From a candidate division WOR-3 bacterium (GTDB lineage: Bacteria; Hydrothermota; Hydrothermia; LBFQ01), in contig JALUCS010000083.1 of NCBI GenBank assembly GCA_027050205.1, forward strand, positions 32,001 through 96,000: a stretch of 64,000 nt of DNA, in the 5' to 3' direction. A program made the translations under genes and the position numbers. This document shows, piece by piece, positions 10,254-19,974 of this stretch (the first letter of the stretch is position 1; every line of letters starts with the position of its first letter). The notes under the pieces are model-generated. The model was not told the DNA's origin, did no database searches, and worked only from the letters and a program-made list of their open reading frames with translations.

Positions 10254-10817
10254 ATGTTCTTCACCCCTAGTTTGAGGCTGCGGGCGGTGAGCCGTGAAGA
10301 TCTGCCCGACCTTGCCCGCTGGTTCAGCGACGTAGAGGTCCTACAGTACCTCTCCCGCGTGTGGCCACACTCGGTGGAGGACGAGGAGGAGTGGTTTCAG
10401 AAGGTGCGTCAACGCCCGATGTGGGAGAGGCCCTTCACCATTGACATACGGGAGGGGGAGGGCTGGAAACTGATAGGAATCACGGGGCTTAGTCGCATAG
10501 ACTGGATAAACCGCTCGGCCATCCTGGGTATAGCCATAGGTGAAAAGGACTACTGGGACAGGGGATACGGCACGGAGGCTGTGCAGGCTATGCTCGCCTT
10601 AGCCTTTGATATACTGAACCTCAACAGGGTGGAGTTGGAGGTCTTTGACTTCAACGTTCGGGCGAGGAAAGCCTACGAGAAGGCCGGTTTCCGTATGGAG
10701 GGCCGCCGTCGTCAGGCCCGCTATCCATCGGGGAGGTACCACGACGTACTCGTTATAGGGATACTGCGGTATGAGTGGGAGCCTCCGGAGTGGTGGAGAC
10801 CCCTTCCTCTGCACTAA
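10254..10817 (+). CDS. RimJ/RimL-family GNAT N-acetyltransferase
   Basis: IGEKDYWDRGYGTEA, LNLNRVELEV and NVRARKAYEKAGF motifs. Confidence 0.9.
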   Translation: MFFTPSLRLRAVSREDLPDLARWFSDVEVLQYLSRVWPHSVEDEEEWFQKVRQRPMWERPFTIDIREGEGWKLIGITGLSRIDWINRSAILGIAIGEKDYWDRGYGTEAVQAMLALAFDILNLNRVELEVFDFNVRARKAYEKAGFRMEGRRRQARYPSGRYHDVLVIGILRYEWEPPEWWRPLPLH

Positions 10818-10841
10818 AATGCCAAGAACGGAGGTAGTTTT

Positions 10842-12701
10842 ATGAAAAGAGAAGTCCCCCTTATACCCTTAGAGCTGTTCTTCAAGCATCCGGAATACGT
10901 CCAGGTGCGGGTATCACCCGACGGGAGATCCTTGGCTTACCTGCGGCCGTGGGAGGGGGTGATGAACCTGTGGGTACAAGATCTATCAACGGGTGAGAGC
11001 AAACGCATAACGGAGGATCGCGGCAGGGGGGTGATGGGGTTCAGGTGGGCCTACAACGGCCAACTCCTCTACGTCCAAGACAGGGACGGGGACGAGAACT
11101 GGAGGGTGTATGCCGTAGGTCCGGAGGGGGGTGAGGCCCGTCTCCTGACTCCGGGTGAGGGCGTTCAGGCCAGATTCGTAAAGCTCCATCCGGACCATCC
11201 CCACAGCGTCCTCCTTGCCGTAAACGACAGGGATCCGGCCCTTCATGACGTCTGCCGCGTTGACCTCAAAACCGGCGAGTGTGTCCGGGTGATGGAAAAC
11301 GATATAAACGCCACAGCGTTTATCGCGGACGAGAACCTGCGGGTGCGTGTGGCCTCGCGTATGACGGACGACGGCGGTGGGGAGCTTCTGCACCTAACGG
11401 AGGAAGGCTGGAAAGTCTTCTATAGGTGGGGCTTGGAAGACTGGCTCGTCTCACCGGCTGAACTGCGTGGAAACACCCTATACCTCTTCAGCAGTCTTGG
11501 GAGGGAGACCGCCTCCTTGAGAGCCTACGACCTTACGACCGGCGAGGAGAGGATTCTCGCGGAGGACCCGGAGTACGACATGGACCCGTACACCTTCCTC
11601 GGACCGGCCCTCCTCTTCCATCCGAGGGCAGAGAGGCCGGAGGCGGTTGCCGTGTTCAGGGAAAAACTCACGTGGATAGTCCTTGACCCGGACTTGAGGG
11701 AAGACTTTGAGCGACTGGCCGAGGTTGAACCGGACTGCCAGTTCGGGATCTACAGCCGGGACCTTTCCAACCGCATCTGGGTGGTGGTTTATGAGGGGGA
11801 TCGTAAGCCCCCGCGATACTACCTATACGACCGTCACACGAAGGAGGCCCGCTTCCTCTTCTCCTCCAACCCGGAGATTGAGAGATATCCCCTGGCCGAA
11901 GTCAAGCCTGTGCGGATAAGGGCGAGGGACGGCCTGATACTGCACGGCTACCTCACCCTGCCGCCGGGGATTGAGCCGAAAAGCCTCCCTACCGTCATCC
12001 TGCCCCACGGAGGTCCCTGGGCGAGGGATGTCTGGGGATGGGACCCCGTCGTTCAGTGGCTGGCAAACAGGGGCTACGCCGTCCTCCAGGTCAACTTCAG
12101 AGGCTCTACGGGGTACGGTAAAACCTTCCTTAATGCCGGGAACAGGCAGTGGGGGAGGAAGATGCAGGACGACCTGACGGATTCCGTCCTGTGGCTTATA
12201 AGCGAGGGCATCGCCGACCCCAAACGCGTGTGTATAATGGGGGGAAGCTATGGAGGCTACGCCACCCTGGCCGGACTCACCTTTACGCCGGAACTCTACG
12301 CCTGCGGTGTGGATATAGTTGGCCCCTCCAACCTCTTCACCCTACTTGAGAGCATACCGCCCTACTGGAAGCCCTTGGTTAGCCTCTTTTACCACCGCAT
12401 GGGCCATCCGGAGAGGGACGCCGACCTTCTAAGGGAGGTCTCACCCCTCTTCCACGCCGAGAGGATACGCGCTCCGCTGCTGATAGGTCAGGGGGCGAAC
12501 GACCCCCGCGTCAAGCGTCGGGAGAGCCTGCAGATAGTGGAGGCCCTGAGGAGACTGGGGCGGGAGGTGGAGTACGTTGAGTACCCGGACGAGGGCCACG
12601 GTTTCTTTAAGCAGGAGAACCGTCTGGACTTCTACCGCAAAGCCGAGAGGTTTCTGGCCAAGCACTTAGGGGGAAGGACGGAGGAGCGTCCCAACCCTTA
12701 G
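10842..12701 (+). CDS. S9-family (acylaminoacyl/dipeptidyl) peptidase
   Basis: HGGPW, GGSYGGY nucleophile, NDPRV Asp and DEGHGF His. SD GGAGGT upstream. Confidence 0.95.
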   Translation: MKREVPLIPLELFFKHPEYVQVRVSPDGRSLAYLRPWEGVMNLWVQDLSTGESKRITEDRGRGVMGFRWAYNGQLLYVQDRDGDENWRVYAVGPEGGEARLLTPGEGVQARFVKLHPDHPHSVLLAVNDRDPALHDVCRVDLKTGECVRVMENDINATAFIADENLRVRVASRMTDDGGGELLHLTEEGWKVFYRWGLEDWLVSPAELRGNTLYLFSSLGRETASLRAYDLTTGEERILAEDPEYDMDPYTFLGPALLFHPRAERPEAVAVFREKLTWIVLDPDLREDFERLAEVEPDCQFGIYSRDLSNRIWVVVYEGDRKPPRYYLYDRHTKEARFLFSSNPEIERYPLAEVKPVRIRARDGLILHGYLTLPPGIEPKSLPTVILPHGGPWARDVWGWDPVVQWLANRGYAVLQVNFRGSTGYGKTFLNAGNRQWGRKMQDDLTDSVLWLISEGIADPKRVCIMGGSYGGYATLAGLTFTPELYACGVDIVGPSNLFTLLESIPPYWKPLVSLFYHRMGHPERDADLLREVSPLFHAERIRAPLLIGQGANDPRVKRRESLQIVEALRRLGREVEYVEYPDEGHGFFKQENRLDFYRKAERFLAKHLGGRTEERPNP

Positions 12702-12767
12702 GGGCCGTAAGTCCTCACCGATAAAGCATTTGGAGGTGAGTTCCCCTCGGAGGACCAATAAAAAAAG

Positions 12768-12842
12768 CGCCCCCACCGGGATTTGAACCCGGGTTTCGTG
12801 GCTGAGAACCACGCGTCCTAGACCTGGCTAGACGATGGGGGC
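12768..12842 (-). tRNA. tRNA-Glu(CUC), CCA not encoded
   Basis: Acceptor stem GCCCCCA/TGGGGGC, anticodon arm CGTGG-TTCTCAG-CCACG, T-loop GGTTCAAATCC. Discriminator G is followed by CTTTTTTT. TATAAT at 12856-12861. Confidence 0.97.
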
Positions 12843-12888
12843 GCGTGAGGATGATATTATAAGGGTGAAATGGGGCCACGGGGAGGCC

Positions 12889-13206
12889 TCAATCTATGAC
12901 CTCCCCGCACTTCTTGCAGTACCTCACCTTGCGGCCGTCCTCAAGGAAACGGAAGCCAACGCGGGTGGGCTGCCCGCACTTGGGACACACCAACATCAGC
13001 TTGGAGATGTATATCGGGGCAGGTACCTCCTCAACCTGGCCCTCCTGTTGGCCGTGTCTCTTCCCCCTGTGCCTCTTTACGAGGTTCACCCCCTCAACTA
13101 TGGCCCTACCCTTACGGGGGAACATCCGCATTACCCTACCCTGATGCCCCTTCCACTTTCCGGAAAGGACTATGACGATATCCCCGCGCTTTATCTTCTG
13201 GGCCAT
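12889..13206 (-). CDS. rplX: 50S ribosomal protein L24
   Basis: KIKRGD.V.VLSGK.KG..G.V and EGVNLVKRH motifs; position in the operon. Confidence 0.97.
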   Translation of the reverse strand: MAQKIKRGDIVIVLSGKWKGHQGRVMRMFPRKGRAIVEGVNLVKRHRGKRHGQQEGQVEEVPAPIYISKLMLVCPKCGQPTRVGFRFLEDGRKVRYCKKCGEVID

Positions 13207-13592
13207 CACAGTACCTCCGGTGCGAGGGAGACTATCTTAAGGAAGCCCTTGTCGCGCAGCTCACGGGCCACGGGTCCGAAGACGCGGGTCCCCTTAGGCT
13301 CACCGGCCTGGTTTATGAGGACGACGGCGTTGTCCCCGAAGCGGATGTAGGAGCCGTCCCTCCGGCGGATCTCCTTCTTGGTACGGACTATTACGGCCTT
13401 GTGGACCTCCCCCTTCTTGGCGGAGGCGTTGGGTATGGCCCTCTTTATGGAGACCACCACCACGTCGCCGACGTTGGCGGCCACCCTTCCCCCTCTGCGT
13501 CCGCTCCCCTTAAGCACCTTGATTATCAGGGCCTCCTTCGCCCCAGTGTTGTCGGCCACGACGACGTAGGAAAGTTCAGGCAGATTCCTCAT
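13206..13592 (-). CDS. rplN: 50S ribosomal protein L14
   Basis: [21 protein letters not shown] and SLAPEVL motifs. Confidence 0.98.
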   Translation of the reverse strand: MRNLPELSYVVVADNTGAKEALIIKVLKGSGRRGGRVAANVGDVVVVSIKRAIPNASAKKGEVHKAVIVRTKKEIRRRDGSYIRFGDNAVVLINQAGEPKGTRVFGPVARELRDKGFLKIVSLAPEVL

Positions 13593-13890
13593 TTTGCAGT
13601 ACCTCCTTCGCTATCTCCTCAAGGACGGGCGCCTTGCGGAGTATCTTGACGAGCCTCCACCTCTTGAGCTTGGAGAGAGGCCTCGTCTCCATCACCTCAA
13701 CCAGGTCCCCTACCTTACTCTCGTTGTTTTCATCGTGGACGTATATCTTCTTGCGCACCTTTACGTACTTCCTGTACTTGGGGTGCATCTTCATCCTGTA
13801 GATGGCCACGACGCGGGTCTTGTTCATCCTGTCGCTGACGACTATGCCGCGGAGGACCTTCCTCCTCCCCCTGTGTCCCTGATTGCTCAT
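13576..13890 (-). CDS. rpsQ: 30S ribosomal protein S17
   Basis: [17 protein letters not shown] and [11 protein letters not shown] motifs. Confidence 0.98.
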   Translation of the reverse strand: MSNQGHRGRRKVLRGIVVSDRMNKTRVVAIYRMKMHPKYRKYVKVRKKIYVHDENNESKVGDLVEVMETRPLSKLKRWRLVKILRKAPVLEEIAKEVLQNEESA

Positions 13891-14090
13891 AGCTTTACCC
13901 CCTTCTCACGGAGTACCGTCAGTACCCTCGCTATCTCCCTGCGGTAGTACCTTACCAAGTTGCGATCCTCAAGCTGTCCGAGGGCCTTCTTGAAGCGGGC
14001 GTCCCGGAGTTGGGCGCGGAGTACCCGGAGCCTCGCCTGAAGCTCGTCTACGCTCATAGCCCTTAAATCCTTGGCCTTGGTGGGCTTCAT
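13887..14090 (-). CDS. rpmC: 50S ribosomal protein L29
   Basis: KAKDLR...RREIARVLTVLRE; position in the operon. Confidence 0.95.
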   Translation of the reverse strand: MKPTKAKDLRAMSVDELQARLRVLRAQLRDARFKKALGQLEDRNLVRYYRREIARVLTVLREKGVKL

Positions 14091-14506
14091 CTCCCGACCT
14101 CCTTGGTTGAGACTATCTTGGTGCGGACGGGGAGCTTGGAAGCCGCGGTCTTGAGGGCCTTGATGGCGTCCTCTTCCTTGGCGCCGGCGATCTCAAAGAG
14201 GATGGTACCGGGCTTTACGACGGCGTACCAGGCGTGGACGTCCCCCTTACCGCCTCCCATACGGACCTCTGCGGGCTTCTTGGTGTAGGGCCTGTGGGGG
14301 AAGATGCGGATCCAGAGTCGGGCCTTCTTGCCAACGGCACGGACTATGGCGACGCGGGCGGCCTCTATCTGCCGGGCGAAGACCCTACCCCTGTCTATGC
14401 TCTTTAGGGCGTAGTCGCCGTACTCTATGCGGTTCCCGGCCGTGGCCACCCCCTTGAGCTTGGCCCTGTGTTGCTTCCTCCACTTCACACGGCGGGGCTG
14501 CATCAT
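14087..14506 (-). CDS. rplP: 50S ribosomal protein L16
   Basis: QIEAARVA, WIRIFP and KPAEVRMGGGKG motifs. Confidence 0.98.
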   Translation of the reverse strand: MMQPRRVKWRKQHRAKLKGVATAGNRIEYGDYALKSIDRGRVFARQIEAARVAIVRAVGKKARLWIRIFPHRPYTKKPAEVRMGGGKGDVHAWYAVVKPGTILFEIAGAKEEDAIKALKTAASKLPVRTKIVSTKEVGR

Positions 14507-15177
14507 GGCTTTACCTCCTTCTTACCGCGGAGGATGTCCCCCTTGTATATCCAGACCTTCACACCGATGGTTCCCCACTTGGTGAAGGCGGTGTCGTACC
14601 CGTAGTCTATGTTGGCTCGGAGGGTCTGGAGGGGTACCCTTCCCTTGATGTACCACTCCTTACGGGCTATCTCGGCCCCGCCTATACGTCCCTTCACCTG
14701 TACCCTTATCCCCTTGGCGCCCATCCTCATGGCGGAGTAGACCGCCCTCTTCATCAGGCGGCGGTGATAGACTCGCTGCTCAAGGCGACGGGCTATGTTG
14801 TATGCCACGAGCTGGGCGTCAAGTTCGGGGTGGGTTATCTCCTGATGCTCAACGAATATCCTCTTCTCCGGCCCCCCGAAGGTCTTGTTCAGGGCCTCCC
14901 GGAGTCCCTCTATGTTCTTTCCGCCCTTACCGATTATCACACCCGGACGGGCGGTGTGTATGGTGACGTGTACGTTCAGGCCCACACGGTTTATGGTTAT
15001 CCGGGAGATCTGGGGGTCGTTGGGGAGCCTCCTGTAGTACTCGGTTATGAACTTCCTTATCTGGTAGTCCTCAAGGAGGTTCTGAACGTACTCCTGCTTA
15101 GTCTCGGCGTACCAGATTGACTGCCAGGGCCTGAAGTACCCCGTCCTAAGTCCGATAGGGTTGGCTTTCTGACCCAT
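14503..15177 (-). CDS. rpsC: 30S ribosomal protein S3
   Basis: [21 protein letters not shown] and GRVPLQTLRANIDY motifs. Confidence 0.98.
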   Translation of the reverse strand: MGQKANPIGLRTGYFRPWQSIWYAETKQEYVQNLLEDYQIRKFITEYYRRLPNDPQISRITINRVGLNVHVTIHTARPGVIIGKGGKNIEGLREALNKTFGGPEKRIFVEHQEITHPELDAQLVAYNIARRLEQRVYHRRLMKRAVYSAMRMGAKGIRVQVKGRIGGAEIARKEWYIKGRVPLQTLRANIDYGYDTAFTKWGTIGVKVWIYKGDILRGKKEVKP

Positions 15178-15605
15178 TACTTACCCTCCTTCTTTACGTC
15201 GGGCAGGACCACTACGGTTATGTGGGAGGTCCTGCGCCTGAATATTCCGTTCCCTCCGAAGCGGGCGGGCTTCACCGCGGGCTTGGGTATCTTCCACATC
15301 GGTCCCCTGTCCACCTTCACGATGGCTATGCGGAGGTAGGGGTAGAGGTCATCTACGCTCTTGTCGGGGGCGAACTTGTCCCTGTAGGAGGCGACGGCCG
15401 CCCGGAGGACCTTGCGCATTATGCGGGCGCCTTTCTTGGGCGTGAACTGGAGGACGTAGTCGGCCTCCTGGACGTTCATCCCCTTTACGAGGTCGGCGAT
15501 GAGCTTCATCTTCTTGGGGGATATCCTGGCCCTGCGGAGGGTGGAGTACCCACCTACGGCCTTCCACTCCCTCTTGGTGAGCTGCCCGAAGGGTCTAACC
15601 TTCAT
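15177..15605 (-). CDS. rplV: 50S ribosomal protein L22 (divergent tunnel hairpin)
   Basis: [15 protein letters not shown] and VDRGP...RTSHITV motifs; lies between rpsS and rpsC. Confidence 0.95.
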   Translation of the reverse strand: MKVRPFGQLTKREWKAVGGYSTLRRARISPKKMKLIADLVKGMNVQEADYVLQFTPKKGARIMRKVLRAAVASYRDKFAPDKSVDDLYPYLRIAIVKVDRGPMWKIPKPAVKPARFGGNGIFRRRTSHITVVVLPDVKKEGK

Positions 15606-15886
15606 TTCCTACCCGCCTTCTTGCCCTCTTTGTCCTTATGCCCTCCGAACTTGCGGGTGGGGGCGAACTCTCCGAGGCGGTGTCCCACCATTTCCTGGGT
15701 GACGTAGACGGGTATGAAGGTCTTGCCGTTGTGGACGAGGAAGGTCAGGCCTATGAACTCCGGCAGGATCATAGACGCCCTGGACCACGTCTTTATGGGG
15801 GTCTTGTCCCCCTTCTCCAGAGCCTTACGCACCTTCTTAAGCAGCTTTGGATGTACGTACGGCCCCTTCTTCAGGCTTCTGGCCAT
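15602..15886 (-). CDS. rpsS: 30S ribosomal protein S19
   Basis: [17 protein letters not shown] and [11 protein letters not shown] motifs. Confidence 0.98.
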   Translation of the reverse strand: MARSLKKGPYVHPKLLKKVRKALEKGDKTPIKTWSRASMILPEFIGLTFLVHNGKTFIPVYVTQEMVGHRLGEFAPTRKFGGHKDKEGKKAGRK

Positions 15887-15890
15887 AACT

Positions 15891-16739
15891 TCACTCCTTT
15901 GATCCGTATCCTATCCTCCGACGCTTGACGATGAAGGTGTCGGAGGGCTTCCTCTTTCTGCGCGTCTTAACGCCGCGGGCGATCTTACCCCAGGGCGTCT
16001 TCGGTATCTTACCCTTGGTGCGGCCCTCACCGCCTCCGTGGGGGTGGTCTACGGGGTTCATTGCGACGCCCCTGACGGCGGGACGGCGTCCGAGCCAGCG
16101 GTTCCTGCCAGCCTTACCGAGGGTGACGTTCTCGTGGTCCACGTTGGAGACCTGTCCGACGGTGGCGTAGCAGTTGTGGTGAAACTTCCGGATCTCCTTT
16201 GAGGGGAGCTGGACGTATATCCAGTTCTCGTCCTTGGATAGGATGGTGGCGTAGGTGCCGGCGGCCCTCACCAGCTGGCCGCCCTTACCCGGTATTATCT
16301 CAAGGTTGTGGATTGGCGTTCCCTCCGGTATCTTCTCAAGGGGTAGGGCGTTCCCTATCTTTATGGGGGCGTCCGGTCCGGCTATCACCTCGTCCCCCAC
16401 CTTCAGGCCCTCCGGGGCCAGTATGTACCGCTTCTCCCCGTCCCTGTAGGCCACCAACGCTATGAAGGACGTCCGGTTGGGGTCGTACTCTATGGACTTA
16501 ACTATGCCGGGAACGCCCACCTTGTCGTGGCGCACAAAGTCTATTATGCGGTACTTCCTCTTGTTGCCTCCGCCCCTGTGGCGGACGGTTATCTTACCCT
16601 GATTGTTCCTCCCGGCCTTCTGCTTCTTGGGTTTCGTCAGGGACTTCTCCGGCTCCTCCTTGGTTACGTAAGCGGAGTAGTCTATAACGCTCATCCAACG
16701 GCGGCCGGGAGTGTAGGGTTTGTACTTCTTAACGGGCAT
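15891..16739 (-). CDS. rplB: 50S ribosomal protein L2
   Basis: [22 protein letters not shown] and [14 protein letters not shown] motifs. Confidence 0.99.
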   Translation of the reverse strand: MPVKKYKPYTPGRRWMSVIDYSAYVTKEEPEKSLTKPKKQKAGRNNQGKITVRHRGGGNKRKYRIIDFVRHDKVGVPGIVKSIEYDPNRTSFIALVAYRDGEKRYILAPEGLKVGDEVIAGPDAPIKIGNALPLEKIPEGTPIHNLEIIPGKGGQLVRAAGTYATILSKDENWIYVQLPSKEIRKFHHNCYATVGQVSNVDHENVTLGKAGRNRWLGRRPAVRGVAMNPVDHPHGGGEGRTKGKIPKTPWGKIARGVKTRRKRKPSDTFIVKRRRIGYGSKE

Positions 16740-16740
16740 A

Positions 16741-17037
16741 TCACACCCCCAGGTCTATCCTGTGGCCCTCGGCCAAGGTCACGATGGCCTTCTTGTACCT
16801 GCTCGTGCGTCCTATGATGCGACGGCGACGGAGGTCCCTGCGGGGCTTGGGTTTGTAGTTCATCGTGTTGACCTTGACGACCTTGACCCCGAATATCTTC
16901 TCAACGGCCTCCTTTATCTGGTGCTTGTTGGCGTCAGGATGCACTATGAAGGTGTATTTGTTGTACACGTCCCGTAAGTACAGGGCCTTCTCCGTAAGGA
17001 CCGGTCTTATCAGTACCTCCTCGTAAGAGAGTTTCAT
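16741..17037 (-). CDS. rplW: 50S ribosomal protein L23
   Basis: [26 protein letters not shown] and KKAIVTL motifs. Confidence 0.97.
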   Translation of the reverse strand: MKLSYEEVLIRPVLTEKALYLRDVYNKYTFIVHPDANKHQIKEAVEKIFGVKVVKVNTMNYKPKPRRDLRRRRIIGRTSRYKKAIVTLAEGHRIDLGV

Positions 17038-17657
17038 AGCAGCCTCTCCTTCAGTTTATCTATCGCCCCATCCTCCGCGACCACGTAGTCGGCCCAGAGG
17101 ACGTAGTAGGTGTTCAGCTGATCTGCGTGGAGGACATGGACGTCGGGGATGTTGCGGGCGGAGAGGTAGAAGGTGCGGTTGTAGTCCTTCGGTACGAAGA
17201 GGACGTTCTTCCCGACCAGACCCACGCTCTTGAGGAAGTTGTAGACGGTCTTGGTCTTGGGCTGCTCCAGGCTCATGCTCTCAAGCAGGAGCAGGCGCTC
17301 GTTCTGCGCCCTGTCGGCGAGGGCCATACGGAGGGCGAGCCTCTTGGCCTTCTTGGGCATCTTTATGTAGTACTCCCTGGGTCTGGGGCCGTGGGCCTTC
17401 CCTCCTCCCACGAATATGGGGGCGTACCTGTCCCCGTGCCTGGCCCTACCCATGTGCTTCTGGGGCCATATCTTCCGGCGGGAGCCTTTCACCTCGCCGC
17501 GGGTCTTGGCGTGATGGGTCCCCTGTCTCTGGTTATACAAGTAGGCCCTGACGGCCTCCCACAGTAGGTGGCCGTTGGGCTTTATTCCGAAGAAGTCTTC
17601 GGGGAGGTCCCGCTCGCCCTTCTTCTCTCCGGTTATGCTGTAGATAGGGGCCTTCAT
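17034..17657 (-). CDS. rplD: 50S ribosomal protein L4
   Basis: RQGTH..KTRGEV, QKHMGRARHG and GGG.AHGPRPR motifs. Confidence 0.98.
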   Translation of the reverse strand: MKAPIYSITGEKKGERDLPEDFFGIKPNGHLLWEAVRAYLYNQRQGTHHAKTRGEVKGSRRKIWPQKHMGRARHGDRYAPIFVGGGKAHGPRPREYYIKMPKKAKRLALRMALADRAQNERLLLLESMSLEQPKTKTVYNFLKSVGLVGKNVLFVPKDYNRTFYLSARNIPDVHVLHADQLNTYYVLWADYVVAEDGAIDKLKERLL

Positions 17658-18322
17658 CGCTTATCACCTCCGTACTTGTAAACGGCCGGCCTGACGAAGA
17701 CGTAGGCGCCCCTGTGTCCCGGAACACCGCCCTTGACGAGGAGGAGGTTGTCGTCGGGGTATATCCGCACGAGCTTGAGGTTGAGGATGGTGACGGTCTC
17801 GTTCCCGTAATGACCGGCCATCTTCTTGCCCTTCCACACCCTACCGGGGTAGGTGTGCTGACCTATGGACCCCGGCCTCCTGTGGAACTTGGATCCGTGG
17901 GCGGCTGGGCCTCCCGAAAAGTCCCACCTCTTCATCACCCCCGTGAAGCCCCTACCCTTGGTCTTGCCCTGTACGTCCACCACCTCTATCCCGTCAAAGA
18001 GGGCGGCCCCGAGGGAGGAGCCTACGGGGTACCTGTCCAGCTCGTCCGTTTTGAACTCGTAGAACTTAGTGGGATACCTTTCTTTATCGCCCAGCGCCCC
18101 CTTCACGAACCCAAGGACCGGTTTCTTTATCTTGTGGGGTGGTTTGAACTCGTAGCCCACGATGACGGCGTTGTACCCGTCCTTTTCGGCCGTCCTATGG
18201 CCAACGACGACGTTCTCCGGTACCTGGAGGACGGTGACGGGTACGGGGATGCCGAAAGGCTCATGCTCCGGTTTCACGTACACCTGCGTCATCCCCACCT
18301 TCTTGGCTATCAGTTTGAGCAT
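17654..18322 (-). CDS. rplC: 50S ribosomal protein L3
   Basis: KKVGMTQ, KGRGFTGVMKRW, HGSKFHRRPGSIG and KKMAGHYG motifs. Confidence 0.98.
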   Translation of the reverse strand: MLKLIAKKVGMTQVYVKPEHEPFGIPVPVTVLQVPENVVVGHRTAEKDGYNAVIVGYEFKPPHKIKKPVLGFVKGALGDKERYPTKFYEFKTDELDRYPVGSSLGAALFDGIEVVDVQGKTKGRGFTGVMKRWDFSGGPAAHGSKFHRRPGSIGQHTYPGRVWKGKKMAGHYGNETVTILNLKLVRIYPDDNLLLVKGGVPGHRGAYVFVRPAVYKYGGDKR

Positions 18323-18326
18323 GGCT

Positions 18327-18638
18327 CTACTCCGTGATTATCTTTACCTTTATGTCCACGCCCGGAGGTAAGTCTATCTGTGAGATCTTCTCTATGGTCT
18401 CCGGGGTGGCGTCCCTTATCTCTATGAGGCGGGCGTGCCTCTTTAACCAGAAGTGTTCCTGTCCCCTCTTGTCTATGTGTGGGCCTCGTATGACGGCGAA
18501 GAGGGACTTCTTGGTCGGAAGGGGGATGGGTCCGGCCACCTTGGCACCGGTGGCCTTAGCCGTAAAAACGATCTCCCGGGCCGTCCTGTCAAGGACGGCC
18601 GGGTCAAAACTCTTGAGCTTCAGGCGGATCTTGTCCAT
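18327..18638 (-). CDS. rpsJ: 30S ribosomal protein S10
   Basis: IRLKLKSFD, GPIPLPT and LPPGVDI motifs. Confidence 0.97.
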   Translation of the reverse strand: MDKIRLKLKSFDPAVLDRTAREIVFTAKATGAKVAGPIPLPTKKSLFAVIRGPHIDKRGQEHFWLKRHARLIEIRDATPETIEKISQIDLPPGVDIKVKIITE

Positions 18639-19858
18639 CACTCAAGGATCTCGGTGATCACCCCGGCGCCCACCGTACGGCCACCCTCACGGATGGCGAA
18701 CCGCAGTCCCTTCTCTATGGCCACGGGGTATATCAGCTCAACGTCCATGGTGACGTTGTCGCCGGGCATGGCCATCTCACGGTTGGGGTCGGCGAACTTG
18801 ATGGTGCCGGTCACGTCGGTGGTACGGAAGTAGAACTGGGGCCTGTAGCCGTTGAAGAAGGGCGTGGAACGGCCTCCCTCCTCCTTCTTGAGGATATACA
18901 CCTCGGCCCTGAACTTCTTGTGGGCCTGTATGGAGCCGGGTTTGGCGAGGACCATACCCCTCTCCACCTCGTCCTTGCCTATACCACGGAGCAGGGCGCC
19001 GATGTTGTCGCCGGGGATGGCCTCGTCAAGGATACGACGGAACATCTCTATGGACGTGACGACGGTCTTGAGGGGCCTCTCCCTGAAGCCCACGATCTCA
19101 ACCTCGTCGCCGGGACGCAGGACGCCACGCTCAACCCTACCGGTCACGACCGTACCACGACCGGTGATGGAGAAGACGTCCTCTATGGCCATCAGGAAGG
19201 GCTTGTCTATCTCCCTCTTCGGCTCGGGGACGTACTCGTCAAGGGCCTCAACGAGCTTGAGGATGGCCCCGGCGCCTATGGGGTCGTCAAAGTCGGAGGG
19301 GTTCTGCAGGGCCTTGAGGGCGGAACCCCTTATCACGGGTACCTCGTCGCCGGGATAACCGTACTCGTTCAGGAGGTCCCTGACCTCCATCTCCACCAAC
19401 TCAAGGAGATCGGGGTCGTCCACGAGGTCCACCTTGTTGATGAAGACGACTATGGCCGGGACACCGACCTGACGGGCCAGAAGGACGTGCTCACGGGTCT
19501 GGGGCATCACGGAGTCTACGGCGGAAACCACCAGTATGGCCCCGTCCATCTGGGCGGCACCGGTGATCATGTTCTTGATGTAGTCGGCGTGGCCGGGGCA
19601 GTCTATGTGCGCGTAGTGATACTTGTCGGACTCGTACTCAACGTGGGCCACGTTGATCGTCAGGATCTTGGTCTCGTCCTTACGGGCGATCTTGGCGTCG
19701 GCCTTGGCCACCTCGTCGTAGGACTTGAACTCCGCCTGTCCCTTCTGCGCCAGCACGGCCGTTATGGCGGCCGTCAGCGTCGTCTTACCATGGTCTATGT
19801 GACCGATGGTACCCACGTTCTTGTGGGGCTTCGTACGCTCAAACTTGGGCTTAGCCAT
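18638..19858 (-). CDS. tuf: Elongation factor Tu
   Basis: [21 protein letters not shown] and [13 protein letters not shown] motifs. SD AGGAGGT upstream. Confidence 0.99.
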   Translation of the reverse strand: MAKPKFERTKPHKNVGTIGHIDHGKTTLTAAITAVLAQKGQAEFKSYDEVAKADAKIARKDETKILTINVAHVEYESDKYHYAHIDCPGHADYIKNMITGAAQMDGAILVVSAVDSVMPQTREHVLLARQVGVPAIVVFINKVDLVDDPDLLELVEMEVRDLLNEYGYPGDEVPVIRGSALKALQNPSDFDDPIGAGAILKLVEALDEYVPEPKREIDKPFLMAIEDVFSITGRGTVVTGRVERGVLRPGDEVEIVGFRERPLKTVVTSIEMFRRILDEAIPGDNIGALLRGIGKDEVERGMVLAKPGSIQAHKKFRAEVYILKKEEGGRSTPFFNGYRPQFYFRTTDVTGTIKFADPNREMAMPGDNVTMDVELIYPVAIEKGLRFAIREGGRTVGAGVITEILE

Positions 19859-19891
19859 CGCTCTTTACCTCCTTTTTTTCTCCCCTTTACT

Positions 19892-19974
19892 AAAAAAGCG
19901 ACCTGCAATTATACGGCTGCACAGCAGGCCGCGACGCACCCAAACCCCCCTTTGGGTCTGGAGTGTGTATTCTA
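19892..19974 (-). promoter_or_regulatory. tuf/S10 operon leader with two -10 boxes and terminator-like hairpins
   Basis: TAGAAT at 19974-19969 and TATAAT at 19913-19908. Hairpin ACCCAAA-G6-TTTGGGT. Stem GCGGCCTGC/GCAGGTCGC followed by T6. Confidence 0.55.

Noticed and set aside
9740..12767. Genomic island integrated at the tRNA-Glu 3' end (GNAT + S9 peptidase)
   Set aside because: No integrase and no duplicated tRNA 3' end found. The genes share the host's TCGA avoidance and promoter style.
17430..17490. L4 loop KIWPQKHMGRARHGD as a novelty on its own
   Set aside because: QKH(T)GRARHG variants are known to me from Thermus/Thermotoga L4, so it is only mentioned with the L22 finding.
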